64,000 nucleotides of DNA from Raillietiella orientalis. Its lineage: Eukaryota. Position numbers and translations under genes: made by a program. The notes beneath the pieces are model-generated. The model saw only the letters and a program-made list of their open reading frames with translations. It had not been told where the DNA came from and searched no databases. The stretch covers positions 2,852,001 to 2,916,000 of the forward strand of contig JAYWIR010000003.1 in assembly GCA_036172245.1 (NCBI GenBank), in the 5' to 3' direction. Positions 48,251 through 60,980 of the stretch are shown here, piece by piece (position 1 is the first letter of the stretch; each line of letters starts with the position of its first letter).

Positions 48251-48739
48251 AATTAGGCATTGAGCTAGAGAAGGGTATATTGGGAGAGAGGTTTCAGCGG
48301 AAATTCACCATGCAGCCAATGGAGCACTTGGAGTATGCGTTTACGTGCTTTGCGCTCTCCTTAATTTGGTTTGGTTTGATTTTTTTGATTTGGTTAATTA
48401 TGTGTACAGTTTGATACAAACAAAACAAATGCCATTCAAGCAGATGGTATACATCCGTACGGACATCATAGCATGGTACAAGGTTACTCAGTAAACGACA
48501 TCACCCAAACCTATTCCAGCTCTCCTTACTCGTCATCCCAACCCGTGACGCCGTGATCTGTTTGATCTAACCCTTTACTTTGCCATGACCACCTCAACCA
48601 GAGTCGAGGGTAGAATCCCGGATTTTAAAGGCGTGCACGAACACTATGATCTGAGTCTACAGGAGGGTGTCATCTAAGCCCTCTTGTGTTGATTCTCCAA
48701 TTCCGACTGGGCTTTTAGCCTTCATTGAAGAAATGACAG

Positions 48740-51400
48740 CAGGATTGCGAGTGTCCGTGGATGCCCCTGCTTCCACATAAGCTGAGAAACTTTGCCTCTT
48801 CGGTCCACAAAACCACAGTTTCGAGATGAGAGCGCAATTGGTGTGACCGGCCAAATGCAGCAGACATCGCATCCGGCTCGCAGAACCAGATCACAATTAA
48901 CGCAGCATCTTATCTGGAGGCATATCCTCACATATTTTGAAATATGAAAACGAATTTTTTGCCACAGGCCACCCTGTGAACCCATGGCACATATTGCACA
49001 TCGTGCATTAGCGTGGGTGAGTGTATTACATATAAAGCTGATCTGGAGGGAATAGAGACTAGAGTCCTCATCCCTGGTTTCCCTTCTGCAATCAAGCGAG
49101 GAATTCAGAGGAATCTACATTTCAACCGGATCGTTTCCTGAGCCAGGTAAGTGAGGCACGCACTGGAAATCCGCAGCATCTGTAACCCGGGTCAGAGCTC
49201 AGGGATGCTGACGACCAAGCTTCATCTTTGTCTCATGTTTTCTCAGTGTGCAAAGGTGTGACATCTGAGCCACTTATCGTCTCACATGGCGTAGTACCCT
49301 TGAGCTTTTCCTTTAATCCACGAAAGCTGAACTTTCGCAGGATTTTTGAAAGCTCCTGTAACGTTCTCTAGGAAAGTAAGCATTGCAGGAAACCGCACTC
49401 CCTGACTGACGAGATTTTATGGCTTCACAGGCTTTGAGCAAATAAAAATTTGCCCTTCATTTCCCAATGTGACCGCGTTGATTCTGCCCAAAACATCAGG
49501 AACCTTCGAAACGGTAATGGATCTGAGAAAGTGGCAGTCCACCTTTCTGGAACAAAATGCTCGCAAAGCTCCACCTTGCTGCCTGTTGACATTTGCTCTG
49601 ATCAAAATGAAGCAGAGATCAAAAGGAAGCAGAGCTGAGATTATTTTTAGTATGTTCGGGCTTCGAGTTTTTTGCCTCAGTGCGTTTGACATCCCAAAGG
49701 TGAAGAATCTTTGCGAGCGTTCCTTGTTGCCCTGTCACACGCGTTGTTTTGAACACCACGTTTCTGATGATCTGTTTTACTGTACAGCTGTACTGTCATC
49801 AAACTTACATCTGCAAAGGAGAGTAGATGGATTTAGTCCTTCAGTAAGATGGAATCATTTACCACAAGGTCAGATCGAAACGTTGCCTGCAAACAAACTG
49901 TAATAGTAATAAATTGTAATGATGTTAAATTCCTCAACAAAGTATTTGCTAGCTTTCAGATGAGCTAATGGAACTTTATTGAGCTCTCGATTTTCTTGTT
50001 TTGGCTGGAACGCGAAGGCCTTTCAAAAGACGCCTCTAGCTGGCAAGCCTTGGTGCTTCATGACTGCCACTGAAATGACGAAACTCCAGCTAGAAGAATC
50101 CAAATGCCATGTACCATCAGCACAAAAGAGCTCTTCATTTGGACATGCCATGCCTTCAGTGAATTATCTGTGTCGAATAAAAATATTATTGCATACCTAC
50201 GTTCTGGTAAAGAGGAAATAACTCACACTGCACTTCTTGTACAGTTAGGTTTTTACTAGAGGAATCTTATCCAGCATTCGGTTGCAGTCTTAGTAAGCAC
50301 CGACTGAAATCAGACACCCCCCGTAAGTGAGCTTGTATTTTTTACCAAGGATGTAAGCAAGCATGGCACTCGGAGGAGAGATGAATGGCTTCGTTGATGA
50401 TTTGAAACTCCCTGAAGATTTTCATAGCGCTTTGTTTTTCCTCGCATTTCTTTGCAGGACTTCGTAACACCAGCACGATCGGAATCCACAAACCAGCTGC
50501 ACCAGTATTTTTCAGTGTGAGGTGAAAATGTTGGAATCGAGGGGGGGAAAAAATAGGGGAATATATGAAAAGAACAACTCATCATTCGTGTGCCAGGACG
50601 AGTCAACGATATGTATACAACTGGACTCAATAGGATCATTTTCACCCCAATCTCTCTGAAGGGTGATATACGCGTGGTGTCTCCGTAACGGTAATTCTCT
50701 ATCCATCAAAAATCAACAAAAGTGATACTGGCGAGCAAGAAAATGTTGTTCGTGGCCTTGTAAAGTACAAGTGTCACCCACCATTAGTGATCAAACATCT
50801 GAGTTACTGGACCTTTCCTCTTCGGAGTGTGGTTTCACAGGAAATGCTACGTGCCCAGAGACAACGAAAGACGGGAATTGGCGGTAGAATGAGAGCATTT
50901 AGAAGGATATGATATGTGAAATGCAAGCCTATGGCATCTGACAGCCTCGAATCGGTAACTCTAGGTACTATTAGTCTTTCCACTTTGGCATCACCCACGT
51001 TTTTTCTTCTCTCATTGGTTGCTGTTAAAATGTCTTTTCTGTCGAACTCGTGCCCACTTGTGTCAATCCTCATACCGCTTCAGTGCATGCAAACCTCATT
51101 GGTTATGCTTGCGTAGTGACTTACGCTCTTCTAGAAGGCATTCGAGTAGAATAACTGTGATGAGCGTCAGCATCGGAACCAGACGAATATTTGCGAGCAA
51201 AAAAACTGCAATTCTTAGCTTGCCCTCTGGCGAATATTCTTTCTAACTTCAACGCGACCATGCAGTGATGATGACCAACTACTATCCAATGCAAATCGTT
51301 GTTGAGGGGAGTTTTTACTTGGTCGCAGCGCAACAAAAACGACCGCATGGACACATTCGAGATGTGCCTATCTGGAAGAATCCTTGGTTGCAAGAGCTCC
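48740..51400 (+). mobile_element. Decayed Ty3/gypsy LTR-retrotransposon pol (protease-RT-RNase H-integrase order)
   Basis: Protease: VSVDAPAS (cf. VDTGAS). RT: ILPKTSGTFETVMDLRK, IFSMFGLR, HPKGEESLRAF, VSDDLF. RNase H: WNAKAFQK, TKLQLEES, KELFIWTCHAF, YLCRIKILLHT. Integrase: RTSQRYVYNW, VTGPF, AYGI, FGITHVFSS. Many stops, frameshifts and deletions. Confidence 0.6.
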
Positions 51401-51993
51401 CGGAAAACATGACTCTTGGAATCTCTTCATGTCAATGGCCTTCGGTTGTTTTCGGATTGCCTTTTGAAGCAGTCTGTGAAATTTCCTCCCCATCTTGAAT
51501 GGCTTCAGCTTTTGCAGACTTTTTCAGAAAGACTTTCACAGGAACATCCTTCTGATTCCCCAACTTTTTCTTCCAAGCTGAATGATTGTTCCAAGTGAGC
51601 ATCCCTTTTTGTGTTGGCAAACCACAAAGGGGGTTTATGTAAGACCATTAGAGGATCCAACTCCTAGCCGGATGGTGATCCTGAGACAGTCAGAAAGAAA
51701 TCTTTCGTGAGCGAGCATGGAAAGTTGTAAGCGTGAGTTTACTTAGCAAGAAATCAAGAAATGACGCATCGAGTGCCTGTCTGCAGCAATGCAACCGTGA
51801 GTCACGTGTGAGAACTCATTTTATCTCTGTCGGTAAAAATCGTCAAGCCAATCTTCCCAAATCAGAGAGCAGATGGGAAGATTCGTTTCCGGATGCGGGA
51901 GCGAAATCTGTTTGAAGCCGTTTGCAACAGTCGTCCCTCGTTACTGGTGGTGGATCTCTAGGTACTCAAAGAATCGTTCAACACTGAAGGCAG

Positions 51994-52251
51994 GGGGCTC
52001 ATGAAGCCCTTCAACACTGTCTACGCTACCCGAGGGTACGTGTGACTCTTCAAGCTGGCGGTAGCGACCCTGAAGTGACCACTCTATGAATCCAGGTAGG
52101 TTCTGGAGAGGAGAACCCGTTCCTCTTACTCTTGGGAAGAAGTCTCAAAGAGAAGTCATCATCCTAGTTGTCTCCGAAGGGAATTTCTTCTTCCTTATTC
52201 TCTCCGAAGAGACTCCCCGGACACTCAGGATTTCTTCTCTGGAGGGAACCC
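51994..52251 (+). repeat. Dispersed repeat, copy 2 (copy 1 at 41052-41302)
   Basis: ggggctcatgaagcccttcaacactg...acccgagggtacgtgtgactcttc...ctatgaatccagg...ccgttcctcttactcttggga...ggagggaaccc. Confidence 0.85.
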
Positions 52252-53085
52252 GCCCGCAAACGAACCGCTCCTGCTTTCCTCCGCTGAAGAGAACTCCGAA
52301 GGGACGCTTCCCGATTTCTTTAAAGGGTGCTCCCCAAAGGGAGCAGAGCGCTTCTCGGACAATGGGAAAACATCAATCCACCAGCTCCATGGGACGAGAT
52401 GGAAGTTCCCCCCCCCCGAGGGGGAAGGGATAGCTCCATTTTCACAACTGGAGAGGGAACCCCGAATGGCTCCTTGATTCCTGGAAGGACCTTGGAGGAT
52501 CAGCCTCCAATCCCGTCCAGTTAACGAAGGTATCAGGCTTCCGGCAGTGCCGTGCCCGAAGCCCGTAGGCCAATCGGCGTCATCCTGCCGGGGAGAGAGG
52601 GAAAGGAGGGGACTGGAAACCCACCATGTACCCAATTTCCAGCGTCGATCCTCAAAGTGGGGATTCGCACCCACTACGCTTGATAGCCAACGCGCGGAGA
52701 CCGCAGTCACACAGCCGTCAACTTGGGCTTCTTTGGCGAAGTGTGAAGGTCGAAATAAAATCATCCAGAAGTGCACATTTTTTCCGCTTCTTCGGATAGA
52801 CTGATTAGCGTGGAAGAGACACCTTCGTCCTCAAGAGACCAGCGTTCTTTCCGTTCTTTCAGTCATGTTGTGCCATGTGCTAGCAAGTTCTGGCCGTTTC
52901 GTTTCCGAAAAGCATTCGGAAATCTCGAATACTCCCGATCAGCACAAAACCAGGATGCGGTGACGTTCTCAAAGGTGCACCGAAGAACGAGCCATTCACC
53001 TCCATCAGGAAGGAGGACCCAAGCTGCAGGTACTTTGTTCGTTTCAAGAGCCTCGTTTGAATTCAAATTCGCGTCTTTTTCTTGG

Positions 53086-53116
<31 letters not shown>

Positions 53117-53599
53117 GTCCCTTGAAATGCTGACATCATTTTCCATACGGCAGCCATGATTCCAAACTGAACACATCCCTCCCTTTCCTTTTTCTATGAG
53201 ACTTATCTCTTCAGCCTCGAATTGTCAGGTTCAGTGTTTGGTTTGTGTTTCGTCAAAAGGCGATCCCTGGGAAGCTGATTTTTAAAAAGTGATTCCCTAT
53301 GGGGAATTTAAAGAGCTCTATGGAGAGCAATGTAGAACCGTTTTCTTTTTTTCTGTGAAACCGCGAAAGTTCCGTTCCGTAGCAACTGTATGCTTCAGTG
53401 AGGCACGTGAAGAAAAGCACAGCAAAACCAAGCATCTCAAAAGATCGGCAAAGTGGACTGAACAGCCGAGCACCCTCGAATTCCCGCGACCACTGAAAAA
53501 TTAGCAGGAAGACGCGCGGAAACAGGACAAGATGGCAAATCCTTCGAGAGGAAGCGGAAGACCTCCTGGTAGCCGCCCTGCCAAGGAAGGCCGCAAATC

Positions 53600-54450
53600 C
53601 ACGAGGAAAGATCCCGAAACAACGACGGCTACCGAGGAGGAGATTGAACAGATTTCGCGTCTGCGCTCGAGAGATGTTGCCATCTCCTCCACCGGCGAGA
53701 GGGAATCTTTGCATTCCTTCTGTGAGACGAGAGCACGCCGACAGGCTCATTCACCAGACGCCCTTTGCGTTTCTTGAGCTCGCCCGGCCAGCGTTCGAAA
53801 CTGCAAACGGATGCCAGCCATATCTGATCCTCCAAACAAACGAGAAGACAAAGGAAAAAGTTGCAGGCGCAGATATTCTTTCCTGAAGAAAACCGCCATC
53901 TCCGCCGCAAGCAGCGTCCTCTCCAGACTGCAGGAACCTTCGCTGGAAGACGGCGAGCGGCGTGACGTCGCTCACTTCAGGCATCGGCAGCACACGGCTG
54001 GTGAAGTCCCGTGGTCGCGCGGTGGTGCGTCCAATGTTTCGCGAGCTCTGTTCCCCCTTCCCTCTCCACCCTCCCCCCCCCCCTTCCTCCTCCCCGTTCC
54101 CCAATCCCAGATCGTGCGGAGCACCGCGCGCAAGGAATCCTCGCATACGTTACCGGTGTCGCCATGCACCGTTCTCCCGGGGATGCAGCCGGTCGCCCCA
54201 GCAGGCACCGGTGAGACGCGAAGGGCTCCTGCTGCCAAAAGTCGCGACGCCCATCCTCTCGGGATGAGGGATGAACGCTCGCAGAAGCTTCCGGAAGCGT
54301 TCCTTCCACAGTCAGGGAACGAACTAGCGCGATTCTCACGAGAACCCCGAGGGATGCCTGAGACGGGCCCTCCACTCCGCGGGGTTGTCAAGCAGCCAAA
54401 GGGCTCTCCTTACCCAGGCTGGAAAAGCCTCGCTTCCCAGACCAGACCGA
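53600..54450 (+). mobile_element. Decayed RTE-like LINE RT N-terminal fragment
   Basis: TEEEIEQISRLR (TxEEVxxAIxxLK), AGEVPW and LPEAFLPQS...RFSREPRG (LAExxLPESQCGFRxxRG). Confidence 0.35.
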
Positions 54451-55499
54451 CCAGACGCAAAGGGAGTGGGCAATGAGTCGGCGACGAACACTTAATTTCC
54501 ATGGTGATGTAAAATTTTTGCCTGCATAATTAATGCTTACGATAAGAAACAGGAATATCTCCGCACTTCGCATGCACGGAAAGCATTCAGTACTTTCTGC
54601 AAGTGAATCGGCTCTTACCTGATTATTAGAAGATATGCAAGTTTCCATGGCTGCCAGTTCGGAGGAGTAATGACGCCGCCACCGCTTGTGTGCGCTCAGA
54701 CGTCACGAACACGGTTCTCCCGAACGATCTCTTTAAGGAGAAAAAATTCTTGGGCGCAACGAGATCCTGGAATCCACCGTTTCGATTTGGATGTTGCGTG
54801 ATGCAAACGCACGTTTCCCGGAGATTCCTGCAATCTGCGGACAGCATCGCGAATTTATCACGCACCTTCTCTCCGTTTTTCTTGCCCTTTCTTCGCTCGC
54901 TGTGCCGCTCATTGGCTCCTCATCAACCAATGGGCAGTGTACATTTCTCTCAGCATTGTACTCTCCCGTTTTTCGTTTATATTTTTCCTTCTTTCTTTTT
55001 TTCTTTCTCTCTCCTTCTTTCTTTCTTCCCTTCCTGGAGGAGGGGCAGCTACATCGAGAGCAGAGGGACACCTGGGAGACACCAGGCTAGCTGCTCGTCG
55101 CACTCTCGAGGAGAGCCTCCATTCCGCCGGAGGAATTTCCGCCCAAAGCCTCTCGTACGAGAATCCCGACATTTTTCCTCCGTTTTTTTTTTTTTTTTTT
55201 TTTTTTTTTTTCACTTTCCTGCAGCTGCTCTTATACACCTTGGAAATGTATTTGGTTTTATTACTTACATCTGTTCTTCGCACTTTCCACCATGCAAAGT
55301 GGGCGAGTGGATGCTCCAATGAATTTGGATCAGGTGAGAGCGGTCTAGCGGGATTTTATGACTTTCCTTTTCCGCCTGTCTTTTTCCGAGCAGAGGCTGG
55401 AAAACCAGCGAGTGGAGGGAGCTCAGCATCCCCGTTCATCGCCCGAATAACTACGGTGTTGGCACGCTTGTCCTTCCTCCTACCATAATTCAGCTCACA

Positions 55500-55950
55500 G
55501 TGAGTGAACTCCACGTCAGTCTCACGAGCTACCTGCAGACGTCGGCAGGAGCACCTTCGCCTCAGATAGATGCTAGGGAGATTCTGCTCCATTTGTGCAT
55601 TTCCCAGTGATTGAGGTCGGCGCAGCAAGGAAGAAGGAAGAAGGGAACTGTCACTTCGTCGCGGAAGAGGAGGCAGTCCCTTTTGGATGTTTCGAAAACA
55701 CGCCGAAAGGGTGGCACACCCTCGTCCGCAAGTGGAGGATTCCAAGAGTCGAGCAACGTGCTCGAGGACGCCTCGAAAATCACGGCATCTCATCTGTGCT
55801 TCCCGTTCCTGACGCTTGCATCGGATGCTGCCTTGCCCGCATCTGGAGAATTTCTCGATAGGAACATTCCTGGCAGACCAGTCAGCACCAGGCCGGCTAG
55901 ATTGTCCAGATATCACCCAACATGAGTTGTCTGTCTGCCGTCGACTCATT
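55500..55950 (-). mobile_element. Decayed RTE-like LINE RT fragment
   Basis: GADWSARNVPIEK (PxDWxxAxIVPIxK) and LLESSTCGRGCATLSACFRNIQK (LPESQCGFRxGRGxxDxIFxLRQIQEK). Confidence 0.5.
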
Positions 55951-56299
55951 GGGATTTTGTATCCAATCATGTCGGATCAGATAAGATGCGTGATTTTCGT
56001 CAACAGGTTCCATTAGGCGCTCTTTGCCTTAATCGCTTTTGCTACAAAGCTCTCTCGGACGGTGATATAAACAGGGAGCAGTAAATTGTCCGAGATGATA
56101 AGTTCGGTTCCATCTTTTGCTGCATCGAAGATCTCAGAGGCACTGAGACTTTAACTCTCACTAATAAGCGAGCATTTGCTTGATTCCTGGAACGTTCGCA
56201 CGCACACAAGTAGGTGATTTATCGCATATGCCGCTCTGCATCAGTTCTCCAGAGCAATTAACTCTTCGTAAAATTAGTGCCTCCTGCAAAGAACATGAC

Positions 56300-57800
56300 T
56301 GCATTAACTCTGCAGCCTAGGGCACCTTATCTCTGCTGCGAAGTTCCGTGTCTGCCCCTCGAAGTGGATGAGAAGTGTGGACATCAGCTTTTGATTTCAT
56401 TCGCAGCATCCAGCGCTGCTAGCCATTCGCGATGAAATCGAAGAGCAGAGACTTGATGAAATCAGGAAGAGAGCTAAATTGAAAGACCCGATCCTGGCCT
56501 GGGAAAGCCATCCGAGGGCCAGCCCCTGTGGATATTTGGTACCTCGAAACGTACCAATGATATTCCTTTGTCTCTTCCGAAAAAACGAAAATGGAAATGG
56601 AAAGGCACATCTTTTATCTAACGGAATGCTCCAGCTCCAGCTGGGAGTTGGTTTGAGCTAGTCTGGCCTCGAAAATCTTTGTAAACTCGTTGACGAAGGT
56701 TCTTTTTCCGTGGTACGTCGAGAGCCTTCGCCTCCGAGAGTGGGATGGGGATTGAATTCGCAGGATCCGATGGGAACAAGGAAGAAATCGGTCAAAGGAA
56801 AGATCTCACTGTATGGAACGGCGCATCAGGAAAGTCGGCATCTAAGATCGAGCAAAAGCATTCTTGGAACACCACCAGATGCCATCCTCCAGGACTGCCG
56901 GAATCTAGATTCTCGAGCCGTTTTGATGAAGGCATACTTGTGCAGAGTCACACAACTGATGCAGCAATGCAGGAGGCTATGATCTTCGTCTTCGAATGCA
57001 ACCGTGCCGACTGAGTGACTTGTTCTGGGACTGAGAACTTGAATGGGTGCAACAGGCTGAGTTGTCACCATTGAAAATCAGATCGGTCACAGACTCGTTA
57101 TTCAGAGTGAGATCGCAATCGAACTGGAGGCTAATTTTCAAGTGATGTTGCTTCCGTGAGAGCACATCAACTTCTTCTGGAAGAATTTCCTTGTAAGCAG
57201 GTTGTGCTGCGCGAAGCTGGACAAACGTTCGTCGGCTCTCTCTAAACGCCGACCACTACTCTCTAGGAGATCAAATCACGGGGACGGTGCCAATTCTGCG
57301 GTTCGAGTGTAAAACGTTTCAGCAGAGCATCCGCTGTCTCCCACTAGTGGGAAGCTGGAGAAAGCGTGAATCCCTGGTAACAAGAGCGATCGATGCGTTC
57401 CGGGGCTAAGCACGTGTTTCTTTCGATTTTTTCAGAGCCCGGAATCGGTAGAAAAACTCAAAGCCACCACCCGAGTAAACATGGAATTTCCCTCCGGAAT
57501 TCCCTCACCCGATACTCTTGAGAACTCGAGTACTTGGAGCTCTTGTTTCCCAAGAGTTCCCATTGCATCGACGCTTTCGCAAAGGACGCGCCTCCAAGGT
57601 AAGATACCTACACGTTCAAAGAAAGTATTGATTCTCTTCTCTCGGATTTCACCCTCATCTGTCGCACGTATGCCTGTGGATGCTTCTCCTCCAGAATCAT
57701 GACCTTCATCATAAAATCCGTTCGATCTTCCCACTATCTGACCACGTCTGTGATCTTCGCAGCTGGGAATCATCACACTGACCACGGATTCGAGGTATTC
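56300..57800 (-). mobile_element. Decayed CR1/L2-like LINE ORF2
   Basis: CEDH (endonuclease SDH), PWRRVLCESVD, ESRFRQSWRMA (GxFPxSWKxA), NEFTKIFE (LDFSKAFD) and GFP-GSGLS..LFLI-IKSL (GVPQGSVLxPLLFLIxINDL). Confidence 0.45.
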
Positions 57801-59259
57801 CGATGATAGTCGCTCCTTCCTCATTGGGAAACTGTTGAGTTCACGGAATCCTATGATGATCTTTACCTATGAGACGAGATCACAACTCACGCTTGCTCAT
57901 CAGCTTGCCCGGTGATTCTCAAAGGAGCGTTCCTGAGGAACGCTTCGGGAACTTACCACACGATCCGCAATCGATCACAAGTCTCAGAAGAGGGACGATG
58001 TTCGTGAGAGACCTGATTTGGTACATTTTGCACCTCTTTCCAGAGCAACGACATGCGCCTCTGGAGCCGTCAGAAAGCGCTCAGCTCCAACAAGAAGAAG
58101 GACTGACTAGTCTCATCAGCGCATCACTCCCCCATCTCTGTGATTCTATAGCGACTCTTTCGAGAAGAACGACGTTCGATGCAGAAAGGACGAACCAGAA
58201 AACAAGAACTACGCAAGCAGTTGATCAGAGGGAAGCAGGGGCATTTTGAGCACTTCAGTCCCTCCTTCTGTAGTTTCGATTCCAAAGAGGAAGTGCTTGC
58301 TTTAGGTCCGTGACTGGTCAAGACGGTCAGGAGTGCATTAGGAAGCTGGGAACGGACTCTGACCTTTGATAGTGAGTCTTTGGCACTCATCTGCCACTCT
58401 TTAGCCAGAGCAAGGAATCCCGGGAAAATCCGGGTGCACTTTCCGACAATGTATTTTTCCCTCGGACATTTTTACGCGAGTCAACCGGTAGTCTCGAAGA
58501 TGAGGCTTTGTTTGTTCCAGGAATCCTAACGGTTCCTCTACATCTCACTCACTGTTCTGGGAACTCTTCGCAATTTGTGTATTTTCGAAAGATGGTCAGT
58601 CTCCTCACGAGCCACACAAATCGTGAGACACTTGGGCGAAAATCAGAGGACACAAGCGCAGAGCTGAACGCTTGCTTCCTTCATCCTCGAAATCTGACTT
58701 TGCTCCTCGACCTCAGCTTAATTAAAAAATCAACGGTAGGTGAAGATTTATCCATCATACATGACTCTTTCATCGGTAAAAAGCGAAAGGACAAAGGAAA
58801 GATAGATACGGCAGCGTCCACTGGCACGAAATTTCAAGCACCTTTTTTTTCTGTTGAGGAAAGAAAAGGTCATTACTGGAAGCTGCATTCAGATGAGAAG
58901 AACGAAGATCTTCTTGTTTCAATGAGATATTAACTCCACTTCCAAGATTTTATCTCAATTTTTCCGGTACTCAGATGCCGTTTGCTCAAGTCAGGAATGA
59001 AAGAAGAAAATGAAGCTGCTTCTACAGCTCATGTGCACGTGAAACCATCTCATAGAATAGCATGATGATTGTTTAATGACGATGTGTTTAATGGTTTCTT
59101 AAATCCTCTTTATTCCTCAATCTACTCTATAAATGGACTCGCCCTTTTTTTTTTAATGGAAATTTCTCCGTTTGCTAAATGCAGCTCTTTACTTCTCACA
59201 GCTTTTAGTTTCATAGTTGTCACAATTAGTACCCATTGAACCATCCTCAAGAGAAGAGA

Positions 59260-60980
59260 TGTGTGCAAACTCGAAGCAAAGCATCCGTTGAAGCTGCCGC
59301 ACTGCTCTAAAAATTAGCACTTTCTAGAACGACTCTGAAGTAGTTCCAAGGAGCATTTCTGTGGCACGAGCACAGGAGGTCGCATCTGTGGCGACCGACG
59401 CGGAATTTTCTGGCGAAGACGACCGAATGGCTAAACTCTTCTTAACTCATGAGCCGCTGCTTTTTGTCTTCCAAAAGGAAAGGGATGCTCATGTCTAGAG
59501 ATTCGGCCAACAGATTCAAGTGGTGGCGTCTGGCACTCGAAACAAGCATTTCCCTGCATATCCGTATTTATTTTATGTAAATGAAGTCGATGCTATGACA
59601 AGGGCAAGCCAATGGACTGCGCACCGTTTACCGTAGCGGCTCTGAATCACATTCAGGGTAGGGAAACGTACAGAAAGTCGTATATCCCTTTACTTGCACT
59701 GAGTTGACTGATGAGGAATGCTGCACCATATAGTGACCACAAAGGATTCGTAGGCAGCAGAATAGGAGAAAGACGTAATTGGGATGCTCTGTAAGATTCT
59801 TCATCGCGGAGATTGTGCAGGACATCCTGTTCCCCGAAAATAAGTGGGTTCCCTCATATCTTACTCGCGCCCATGCGGGCTTGTCCCGTTCAGAGATTCC
59901 CATCCACCACCAAGAGGAATGGAGCGCCGACAGAAAAATTCTGGGAATTTTTGTTTCTGCACACAAATTGGCAAGCAGACGCGGGCTTTGCACAGCCTTA
60001 CGACTGTACGATGGGCAGTATAACGCTCAAGCAGCAGTCTGTAAAAGAATTCCTTTCTTATGTTTCATTCTGTGGTTCCCCACACAAACACATGGAGGAC
60101 TTTTTCCCTTAGAAGGGCAGGTTCGCGCTCAAAAAGCAAAAAAAAAAAGAAAACTGATAATCAGTGGACGAAAGCAAGCACCTGTGACGAAGCAAAATCC
60201 GTACTGAAGGCAACTGCGCCCAGCAACGACCCCCCTCCATCTGAAACCTGCAACTTGAAAACAGTCTTCCATGCACGGCACTCCGTTTGGACAAAATACC
60301 TCGGAAATTTTATTCGATTTAGAATCTTACAATTCATTATTGTTTTCTTTTCAGCGCAAATTTTTGAAAGTTCCGCCATGCATATGGATCATGCCCTCGA
60401 CATCTGGCAACACCAGGCATCTTCGCGAGGCGGCGCAGAAACTGAAAGGTGATCAAAGGGAATCACTTTCAAGTGTGTTTGACCTCACAGGACTGAAATT
60501 AAAGATCGAATTTCAGAAAAAATTTCACACAAATTTCTCGCACTGCTATTTCATAGTTGCTGCGCTTCCTCGAGACTCCTTGAATACCGTGCATGTACGA
60601 ATGGCATACAGAGCTTTACTAAGAGACGCAGAAATGAACGATCTTCAACGACTGATGATCTTCCTCTCCCTTTGGATGAATTCCTTCTTGCTAGACTGAA
60701 ATTTGTGTTGGTCAGTATTACATTGCACCAGAAAGTGTGCATAAAAATCCTTAGACTCGCACATTAAATGCATCAGCTGAGGATGTCAGTAGGCTCCCGG
60801 TACCACGTAGCCAAATAAAAAGGATTTTAGAGGTTCGAGATGGAAGCTGTCGGTGAACGATTTTAACCGGGGATACTGATTTCACTATTGCAGTCTTTTG
60901 GTACGGTGGTGGCAAGAGGAATACTATCTATCAACTCATCAAGCGCCACCATGATATGTCTCCTATACTATCAGTATATT
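59260..60980 (+). mobile_element. Decayed hAT-superfamily (Buster/Charlie-like) transposase
   Basis: FLAKT, TELTD (DESTD), QDILF, GLCTA (ICTDG), VFHARHSVW (LLHTEVRW), QKLKGD...VFDLTGLKLKI (LKLQG...DxIxxFxxKL), WMNSF (WxxNPF) and WWQEEY, all collinear. No terminal inverted repeats recognised. Confidence 0.45.
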
